This document shows, in pieces, positions 53,958 to 64,000 of a DNA stretch of 64,000 nt. The DNA lies in the NCBI GenBank assembly GCA_964035545.1, contig OZ037767.1, positions 27,606,628-27,670,627 of the forward strand, read 5' to 3'. The notes below the pieces were generated by a model. The model was not told the DNA's origin and did not search any database. It worked only from the letters and a program-made list of their open reading frames with translations. This stretch comes from Bugula neritina (Eukaryota > Animalia > Bryozoa). How positions within the stretch are numbered: the stretch's first letter is position 1; each line of letters opens with the position of its first letter. The position numbers and the translations under genes were made by a program.

Positions 53958-56900
53958 TCAAACAAGCCGATTTTTGAAATATTGCAAGATTTGATTCAGC
54001 ATGTCTTTTTGTTCACAGTCTATGAGCTTCATGTACAGCTTTATGTAAACACCTTCCAATTTCAGTTCAAGGGAAAACGAGATTAAAGGCTTTTCCTCCG
54101 CACCTGACTCTTCACAACTAGACGTATACGACACTTCTCCTACAGCTGTGACATCATCCCTTCTAGCTGTATCAACTTTTAGCTCTTCACACGGAGTATC
54201 AACAACTTCTTTCTTTTCAACTGAATCAAGTTTTAACTTTTTACAAGGATTGTCCACTCTAGGGACCTTCTTTTCGACAGGATGTGGATTAGAAAGTTGA
54301 GATTGTTTGAACCGCTCCATCCTTCTCTTCCTTCTGCTGTGTGACCAGGTATTTTTTCTGGCAGTCACTATGCATACAAACTCACTAAGGTCTTGGTGTA
54401 ATGTCGCACTCTTCATCTATAATATATAACCATGTTGAGACATCACAGGCTAATAGACACAGCTAGATGCAAATAATAAGAAAACAAGAAATGTGTGCTA
54501 TATAAACTAGTATATCTAGTATTGTTGTATGTAGTTTTATATAAATTAGAATATTTAACATTACTGTGTGTATTGTATGCATGCATAATTCTGGCATATA
54601 TCTTTGTATGTTGTATTTTCCCAAATAAAACTAGGTTCTTTCACATAAATTAAAAGCAACTGGACAATTAGAGGTACTTAGTAAACTCAATGCTTGTATA
54701 AATTCAACTCTGCATAATGTATATCTTGCATAATAGAGTGTTTAATTAAGTCAATGCACTGAATAAAAGTGAAGCAAATTGTTTATAAACCTTCTTGAAA
54801 ATCTGTACACGAAAAAGTATACTTTTATGTTTTCAACAGCAATATATTACAGACCACAATTTAATAGACTACAAATATTCTCATAAAAACAAGGGCAATT
54901 CATATCCTATGAAAGCTTATAAAAAAATTGCATCAACAATTTGTGTACAGCCCAAAAGTTTTGCTATCATTTCACTTCATATCCTAATCAAGAGTCTCCG
55001 TAGTTGAGCTCCTGATAATAGTAGGGGGGTAGATTCCCCTCTCCTTACTACTCAAAGTCAGAAACTTGGCTGACTAGAACAGAGACGTCTCTTATCCCCG
55101 ACTATAAGTAGTAAGAGGAGGTAGACTGCTGTCCCCTTACTACTCCTCCCAGACTCAAACTTCAATGCCAAGTTGAAAATCAACTCACCTGCAGCTGTTG
55201 AAACAGATTCTCCTTGAAGTAATTAGTAAGATCTGGGATGTCATAGTTGCAGCACTTTATATCTACAGGTATGGAGTGAACTAGGGCTGTCTTCACCTTT
55301 GCCCTTTCTTGTTGAAACAGAGATTTCTGTAAGAAAACAGTAAGCTCTGAAGTAAACAATGAAAACACAATAACTCTTATAACACTTGGCTGAAATGCTG
55401 TTAGACAATGCACTGAAAGGTTCATATGAGAATGATCTACGTTTAGCAAATAGATTTAATGTGAATAGATTTGTTGCTTTCAGAACAATAACACATAACT
55501 GATGGTATATAAAGGATTGATAGTGTGCATGCCAAGGTTAAAGGTGTGTAGCCAAGATTAGAAACTGTTGTAATTAGGGGTCCTCATAAAGATGTATTTT
55601 AAACCAACAGGAGTATATAAAGAGCCATCAAACATTGCAGACATGAAATACTAACTGGAAATGCTACAGAAGAGTCAAATGTCCAAGCTATTGCCCATCT
55701 CATAGTTCTCCCTTGACAAAACTCGGTGGTTGAGAAGTTGGTAATGTCTTTTGACTTTACGTACTGCTTCAGCCGTGTCAAACTACTCTTTTTGCCAACC
55801 ATTGATGTGTAGACCCTAAAAATAGCAAGAAATATACCAGACTAAAGGATTAAATGACAGGAAAATTATTGATCCCTGAACAAACATCATGTAGAAGATT
55901 TGTAAACTATGACTATAAGAGTGAATGCTCACATTCATGGGTACTTTGACCTTAAATTATAACTTGCTTCAAGTTTATCAACTCAATGCATCCTGTATTT
56001 AAAAGAACTCTTTAGTTAAAACCACCAGAAGATTAATGATAAACCTATTCAGTGTGTGAAGGCATTATAGTGGTTTGAGTGGAGAGCTTGCTGATTTGTG
56101 CTGGGAAAATCAAAAACCATTTGCAGTGTTAGAACACTATAGTGCTGTGAATAGAACAGTGTTAGAATGTACTAAATGACAAAGTAAAAATAACTCCAAC
56201 AGCTGTAATACCATTACCTAATCTTATTCTTGATCTTCAAACTTTCATCAACCATTTTCTTTACAAACTCAACTTCGCCTCCTTCCACCATTTTCTCCGA
56301 AGGTCCGGCTGTGGACACGTGTTTGGGTTCAGGTCGATTGTCCCGTAGGTCAGACACCACCTCAACTACCAGAACACAACACTTGATATTATATGAACAT
56401 AACAATGACAGGTAGGTAGTGTGGTGTTCTAACTCTACTCTACTCTTTAGCACACCACATATTAATGGCCTTTATAGAATCCCTGACACACTTACTTCAT
56501 TTATGAAATTTGAACTTTCAAGTCAGCAGAGTGATTAAACTGTGTGTTGCAACACCCAAGAATATCATGATAATAAAGTTAGCAAAGAGTAAGATTAGTT
56601 TCATATGACCACAGACTTCAGAGTCAACTGGAAACGTCATTACTAAGCAAACAGAAACTCAAAATTAATTCAAAACAGGTTTGCACAAAATATATTACAA
56701 AACAAATATGATTGAGCACAAAACTCCCGCACAGTCTGTAGATATACGTGAAAATGTTAATACTGCATAAACGAAGTGTGTCAGAGATTTTTTTTAATAA
56801 TATACAACTGTACAACATAAGCTAGCAATCCCACACTCACCAGTATCAAAGAAAGGAGGATTACACATGCAGAAGTCAATGTTTGCTTTGATGTCTAGCC

Positions 56901-57961
56901 CTTTTTTGTCATAATGATCTATTGCCGCCTCCAGTATGGCTGAGCCATCCACTTCAAGAACTGTAAAACAATTACAGATAATATCAGCCTACTCATTCAG
57001 AAACAAAATTTTGACACCCACTTGAGCAATATGATAAAATATTAATTATATATTTCTCACTTAGTATTCGTACCATCAATCTTGCTTTGAAAGTTATTCT
57101 GTTCCACATTTTCCTTTGCGTACTGGAGATTTACTGGATCAACTTCCGTAGCTATAAACTTCCATTTATTTATTTGATGAGCAAGAAGGGGGTAAATGCA
57201 GCTAGAGCCACACCCTACAATTACAAGTATGCTACAATGTGATCGAGAATGAGTAGAATGACTCTCCTTCAATAACTTTAGTTTCACTTTATGTGGTTGA
57301 TTAGTCTGATATTTTAATAAAATCTCTAATCACCAGAAAAACTTAAGTAATTTCATAAAACTGATTGATTTGACTCGCTATTAATTTATTGTAAATGACT
57401 TTTAACCAAACAATTTCATTTTTTAGTAATCTATAGCTCACCGACATCTATTCCAATAAGATTATCTTTGCCATCAGCAAATATGTCTTCCAGCCAAAGA
57501 ATATAATTCAACCGCTGTGGTACTGCGGGGATGAGACGGTCTGCAGGAAATGTTACTGATAGACCGAAATCGCATTTCAGCAGAGCTTGAGACAAAGCTC
57601 TCAGACAAGCTTCATTCTTAAAGTCAATGGACACACTTCCGTCTATTGATTGTTTGGCTACCTATAAAACACAGCTTAACACCTAAATTTCGCTGCTAAA
57701 TATAAAACACTGTTTAACATTTCAATTTTATATTTAATAAACTGCTCAGGCCTCATGGAAAATTGTAACTGTAGAAAAGTCTGTGGAAATAGGCTCTACA
57801 AGAATTCACTTATTTAATGTGTTAGAACATATATTTTAATGCATAATAAGTTATTAAACCCAAACCTTTCTGAACTCCTCATGCTCCATGGCAAGTTTCT
57901 TAAAGTCAGGTTTATTATTTTTGTATTTATTTCTAGGATGCATATACTTGTTTAGGGCCAT
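53958..57961 (-). CDS. METTL16: RNA N6-adenosine methyltransferase METTL16
   Basis: MALNKYMHPRNKYK..PDFKKLA, RLIPAVPQRLNYILWLED, GIDVGCGSSCIYPLL, catalytic FCMCNPPFF, EGGEVEFVKKM, MVGKKSSL, TEFCQGRTMRWAIAWTF; C-terminal NTWSHSRRKRR and NQILQYFKNRL*. Confidence 0.96.
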
Positions 57962-59039
57962 AGCTAGCCAAATAATGGCTGAATCTACAACAGAAAAATG
58001 TGCATTAATTAATATGCGTGCAATATTTATGACAATTTTAAAATATTTTAAAACTTAGATATACATACATTATATTATACATATGAATACTTACAGCCTT
58101 AATAAAGCAGCTTTCAATTTTTATTTCTCCGTCAGATTATGCCATAAAAATATCTTCAAAAAGTTTTTTAGAAATCAAACAAAATAATTAAATTTAGTTC
58201 ATATTATATGCCTATAATCATTACCTAAAGACTCCACAACACTCTATGTTAGAGTTTATTGTTTAGAATTTAGAAAGCAGCTAAATTGCTAGAAAATAAC
58301 CTACATTACGAAGAGCCAATACATGTAGCATATGTAAGCTGTGTGGTGTTGGGTTATATGACACGGCTTTACATCACCCTACTGCAGTGTAAATAAAAAA
58401 AAATAACTTAAAAAGACAAAGGTATATTATTATCATGAAATTCTGTAAAATTTGTTGCTGAATGATATACTTGTAAAATATTGTGCACGCAATTTATTTA
58501 AAGGTATAGAAAAAAAAATCATGTTTTATTTTTGTAGTTACCAGAGCAGTCTGTGCACTAGCAATATCTAGCCATATTGATATAGTATTCTTTTAAAAAT
58601 ATAGTCAATCAAATTTACTATGCAAAAATGCTCAAAGCCAATGCATTATTTCAATATAGACATAGCCTTGTCAGGCAGACTGTTGAAACTCACGGAAGTA
58701 AAGAATGGTTAAACTTAAAGTTATCATTTTGACTATTGATGTGAAGTATACCAGGAAACTTAATTGCTATCAAGAAATTTATTGTTAGTCCCTTAGATAA
58801 CCTTTAAACTTTAACTATTATTTAAATGACTTTCAAGTTAGGGCATTGCATTTTAATTTACTCATTACTCATAATCATTAGCATTATTAATAATATAATA
58901 TTACCAAACTGTGCATGATGATCATCAAAATGATAATCTCAGTATTTTTATAATTTAACGGTATCTTGACTAGCAAGTACTGTAGTAGCAAACCTTATTT
59001 CAACTTTTGAGCATACCACTTTCAGATCGTAATCCTATT

Positions 59040-60660
59040 CACATACTCATACTCATAGCCATAGCTATACGGCTACGCCCTACGGGTATACCAATTATTA
59101 TACTATTATTATTATTGTTATACTTATAACTATAACTGTATAAGCCTTAAAAGACTAAGTAAAGATTAAGATTATCATTCTGATTCTCACTTAATTTTAT
59201 GGCTATGGGTTATGATTATTTCAGTAGACGCTGCGGTCATATTAGTTTTACTATTACTATTAGTAGTACTAGCACTAGTAGTATCAATATGAACATCATC
59301 ATCATCACCATAGTAATACTAATACTAATAGTTATTCTCATACTGATAGTGATACTCAGTCTCATAGTCATAGTGATAGTGATAGTCTAACTCTAAGTCA
59401 TACTCATACTGATACTGATAGTGATACTCAAACTCATACTGAGTCATAGTGATACAAACTCGCACTGTCAAGATAATTGAATGAGAGCAACAATTATATA
59501 ATCAACAAAATAGCGTAAATAAAACACCGTATTGAAATTTAGAATAAAATTCAGATTGAAGGGACACTGGAAGTGGACAGTTTGCTTATGATTTGTTATT
59601 ACAAATAAACGACATGTTGAATTGCGAAAATACTTGACCTTGACATTATTAAAATGCACGTAAAAATGCTACTTTATCTTATTCAACAAAACTTGCTTGC
59701 AGGCTCTAGTTTCTAGCTTGTAGTTTACCTGTATGCACGCGAATATATTTTAGCGAACACAAATTCAGTAAGTAACCTGCAACGTCATATACTGCATTGT
59801 TTTTCTTCAAGTTATTGACTTATTCTCATGCAGTGATTCTGTCTCATAAATTTTTCTGGGGGCAGTTTTGAATTGTCTTGAAGTTGATGTTTTCCTAAAA
59901 CTACAAGGAACGTAAAGCCTTGGGCTTGGTTGTCATAAACACACGCATAAAATTAAAACTAAAATTGAATTCTTTTGCAGTAGACGTAGTTTTACTTTTA
60001 CAACCAGTGAATAAGTATAACATAAGACTAAGTGTTACACTTACAGTTACTGTTAGACTTAGAGTTAGTGTAGCATAAACAATAACTTTGTGAATAACAT
60101 AACTACTAACAGTAACACTAAGGAGGGATGACTAACACTAATAATAGCACTAACAGTAACATTAAATCAAAGTGAAAGTGTAGCAGACAAAACTCAACAG
60201 TAAACTAACTGTAACTGTAAGTGTAAGGCTTAGTCTAAGTCATAGTCGTACTCATAGTGATAGTGTAGGCTAATGGTAAAACGCTAACTCTGACAGTAAC
60301 TCAAGCTATGAAATTGAGTTTGACTTTAGAGTTAGTATAAGTAATAAGACTAATAAGTATAACTAATTCTAATAGTAATAGTGATAACTGATAAGTAATA
60401 CGAATACTAATAGTATAAGTTGTAAATATCAATATGATTAAGAGAACTATAAGATCTCTAACCTGTTGGCTGTTACTGTTAGTAGCAAGTGCAAGTGTAA
60501 TATTTAACATTACACTTGCACTTGCTATTTATTGTATCGAAATAAATATTAGTATTATTATTAGTCACTAATAATAATAGCTACTAATATTAAGGTAATA
60601 GACATAGTAAGGCTACTGATGCTGGTAAACATACTGATACTCGGACTCATGTGAGTGTTA
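59040..60660. repeat. Long hexamer-periodic tracts in the METTL16/GLE1-like divergent interval (59040-59460, 60010-60660; small patch about 61340-61400)
   Basis: actcatactgatagtgatactcagtctcatagtcatagtgatagtgat...; the tracts produce spurious ORFs 59199-59390 and 60301-60510. Confidence 0.8.
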
Positions 60661-61040
60661 GTTAGTGTCATCCCAGTTAGACGCTATTTATTTATTTTGA
60701 TACAATATATATTTTACATCCAATTCATTTGAATATTATTAAAATATATGTATATTTAAATAAACTTGAATCAATTGCTTGATATTTAGTACATAAAAAA
60801 ATTCCTTTGATCTGCATTAAGTTTAACTTATTAATTTTGCATTTTCTATACTTTTTGTTGTTTGAAAAGATATTTCATTCATAAGTATTTATTACAAATA
60901 ATGTTTATTAATAATGTATTACTGTTTTTTTGCCCCACACAAATTCGTGAAAATTAAAATATTATTCCAGATAATTTATATTAGCTATTTTAGCTATTAG
61001 CATATTAACTATTTAGCAATCCATGCAACAGTTATATAGG

Positions 61041-61154
<114 letters not shown>

Positions 61155-61701
61155 TATATTACTATATATGGTACCAAAATAAAAAATAGTGTCTAACTGG
61201 GAAGCGTCTAGGTGGGATGAAACCAGAGGTTAATAGCAATATGGAAATTTTATTGAAGGGTAAACCTAAGGATACTCACACTGCTGGACTCATATCATAA
61301 ATTCTAAATATTGCAGACTTGTTACTTCAGACAGTTACACTTGTGATAACCATAGTCATAGTGACACTGGTAGTGACTATAGTCATACTGATACTAACCT
61401 ACTTATATTCATGGTAATTGTCACTTTGTCCAGTTTCGATGGTTTGAAGAATTGTTTCAAATTCAATGTTACAGTTACTTGTATTATAACTTGTAGTTTT
61501 ATAATAATGACTCAAACTACATTACAATGAGGAGACTTGGAAAATTCAATCTTAATTCCATCTTTAGCTCTTCAGCTCTTGCATTATTAACATTTTATTT
61601 ATTTTCAGTTACCCAAGTGTCTGCGTGATATTCTGTTGTGATTGCAGTTCTTGTGAACTAAAATCATTGCTGTTCTTGTTTTAGTAGTTCAACATTTGAG
61701 A

Positions 61702-63836
61702 ATGCAGAAGGAGAGCATATTACAAGCACTCCGTCTCACTTCTAAGGGAAAAATTCCGTACAATAATCAGGTTGGAATTTTAATAGGAATCACATTGTGT
61801 CTTGATTCTTTTGGTCATTGATTTTAAATATAATGATTTGTGCTTTTCCATTTTGTAAATCAATACTGACTTGGAACATGTTTCTGGAATGTTGTCCTGT
61901 TTTTTAGGATGTCTTTGCTATCAACAGTTGGCCATCTCCACCGTCTGCTGAACCCACAGGCAAGTGAAATGTTGTAACATTGAGATGCTAATGACAGTTC
62001 TGTAATTAAACTTCTACTTTATATAATACTTGATAGTTTAGATTAACGCCATTTCTAAACATCAACAGCTGCGTTCAATTTGCTCACATTTATTGATATT
62101 TATTGATTTCTTGCAATCAATCTTTATATGGGGATCAATATATTTGTTAACAGTTTAACTCATTGCAGATTCTCCCAGCTCTGACATTCAGTGTTTGCTC
62201 CAACACAGAACTCTACTCACTATAAACACCTTGCAAGCTGACATAAGTGATGATGATGGAGAAGGTGACAGTGAACACAACACTGTGTCCCCTACAAAAT
62301 CATACCATCTAGATGAAATCAACAGCTCTTTCTTTGCTGTATCTCCAAGTGGTTCAGATAAGCAAACTTTTCAGCACACTAGTAATATTACAAAGGCTTT
62401 GCCGACTGAGTCTATGTCAAGGTCATGTGAAAGCGAAGTAGATCTTCCTGTTGGGGCAAGAGCTGCTACACCTTCAGGGGAACACAATTCTATAAAGAGA
62501 GAAGAGACTTTATATATAACTTCTCCTGAAAATGTGAAACTCTGGTACTTGAATGCTGAATATCAGAGAGAATGGGAGGTAATACAGTTTACTAAATATT
62601 TTGTTATTATTACTGGTGTTATAAATCATAACCCTTCCGAGCCCGGAGGTTAGCAGAGCGTAACGCTGTTTCATGTTTTATGGAAAAATATAGGTAAATG
62701 CCTTGCAATGTTAAATCTGTTTACCATTAATCTGCACTGTTCAACAAACAAATAAAGCAAAACAAGCAGCTGTTACTATTATTCCGCATGCAATGCCGTC
62801 ATGAACCCGTTATGTGATAAATGTTAGGATCCAATATATAAAAACTGCTGGTCTGTTACTTTTGCCATCATTGAATCAACTGAAGTAAGATAGTATTAAC
62901 TAAACTTAAGACAGTGCCGTTTTCATATATCATGGTTTGTTGGAGCTTTCAAATAGTTTGAGTTATTTACATACAGCAACTTGAAATCACATTTAAACCC
63001 CTGAACTAAAATGAATTCAAGACTTTTTTTTGAGGTTTTGTGGTTTGCGGTGGTTGTTCTACTTCTAAAATATCCTAAATATATCTCAAATATACTTGAT
63101 ATCCAGCTTAGAAACGCAATATTTCTCACAAACATTCTGTGTAGACAAGGAAGAAGTTTTGTCACTGAGTTCGGAGTTATCATGCTTCTTTTATCATAGA
63201 AAAGCACAATTCTAAAATTTATTGTCTTAGAGAAAGACTGCCTCTGATACAGCTTTGATGATATCTAAATTCAATGACATTGAAGCAAAATACTCCAACG
63301 AGTTGAATGAGTTGATACTGGAAGAAGCAGAAAGAAAGAAAGCTGAGCATGAGAGATACTCTGATGAGCTGGAGAAAAGGTGAATATCTTTCTATTGGTT
63401 TAAACTTTGATTTATGTCGTTGATCATGTGACTGGCCCCTGTCAACATTTTTCTCTGAAATTATGGTTAACTAATTTCTCCAGTTGTTAATTGCTACAAA
63501 TTACTACATATTGCTGAGCAATGATTAGCAAACGGTTAAAAAGTATTCGAATAAATTATTTCATATTTTTGTGTTGTCTTTTCAGCTATGAAATATATGA
63601 AGAAAAAAGAACTTTATTGGAAACTCAAACTAGAGAAGAAGATAAGGTGGGATGCAAAGTTTAGATTGTCACAAAAGTAATAGTACTGCAAGTCTTGTAC
63701 TTCTGTCGGTGACCGGATGTTCTTATTTTTGTAATTTATTTTTATAGAAAATTAGAAACTCTTTAATGCAAATAAAGAAAAAAAACATGATGGAGACAGT
63801 ACGTCTGCAACAAGAAGAGGCGGAGAGAGTTGAAAG
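61702..63836 (+). CDS. GLE1: Probable mRNA export factor GLE1, N-terminal part (continues past the window)
   Basis: Phase-consistent exons 61702-61770, 61908-61959, 62169-62578, 63231-63379, 63586-63646, 63748-63836. The N-terminal LQALRLTSKGKIPY resembles the recalled GLE1 motif LKALRSSDKGRLCY and is followed by a Ser-rich stretch and an E/K/R coiled coil. The diagnostic C-terminal domain is not in the window. Confidence 0.6.
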
Positions 63837-64000
63837 GTAAGTATCTACAGGAAGTGAGGGTTGAGTATGCTACAGGTAAGTGACTACAGGAAGTGAGGGT
63901 TGAGCATGCTACAGGTAAGTATCTACAGGAAGTGAGGGCTAAGCATGCTACAGGTAAGTGACTACAGGAAGTGAGGACTGAGCATGCTACAGGTAAGTGA
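63835..64000 (+). repeat. 39-bp tandem repeat starting at a splice donor; each unit reads GTAAGT...CTACAG
   Basis: AG|GTAAGT with GT at 63837, 63876, 63915, 63954 and 63993; the array runs off the window end. Confidence 0.95.

Noticed and set aside
5881-57961. NADAR, APTX and METTL16 as a functional nucleotide-repair cluster
   Set aside because: NADAR is about 43 kb from the others with unrelated housekeeping genes between; co-location is expected in a gene-dense genome.
59199-60510. Hydrophobic ORFs (ILILIVILIL; also 7696-7878 and 49151-49348) as membrane peptides
   Set aside because: By-products of stop-poor hexamer periodicity.

Overview
This is an AT-rich, gene-dense window from an intron-containing metazoan genome (compact invertebrate; the taxon cannot be fixed from sequence alone). 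Manual splicing along GT-AG junctions gives 13 protein-coding genes: UFSP2 (5'-truncated), an orphan 152-aa single-pass membrane protein missed by the ORF track, a stand-alone NADAR/YbiA-family gene, TEDC1, ZMYND12, CDC123, MRPL19, SEC22B, a 16.7-kb type II membrane gene with a duplicated [LDLa-LDLa-SRCR-like-dead trypsin domain-unknown domain] module, MTG2, APTX, METTL16 and a probable GLE1 (3'-truncated). Two window-wide patterns are not explained by the gene list. (1) Five tandem repeats with unrelated unit sequences sit exactly on exon-intron junctions and multiply the splice site, and a sixth starts on a stop codon. (2) Degenerate 6-bp-periodic tracts (AGTAAT/ACTAAT/ACTCAT/AGTGAT-type) mark all four head-to-head intervals and the MTG2 5' flank. 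They are not evident before the three genes lying closely downstream of a same-strand neighbour, which suggests promoter marks and possibly operon-like units. All gene models and family calls come from reading and motif recognition; no database search was run.
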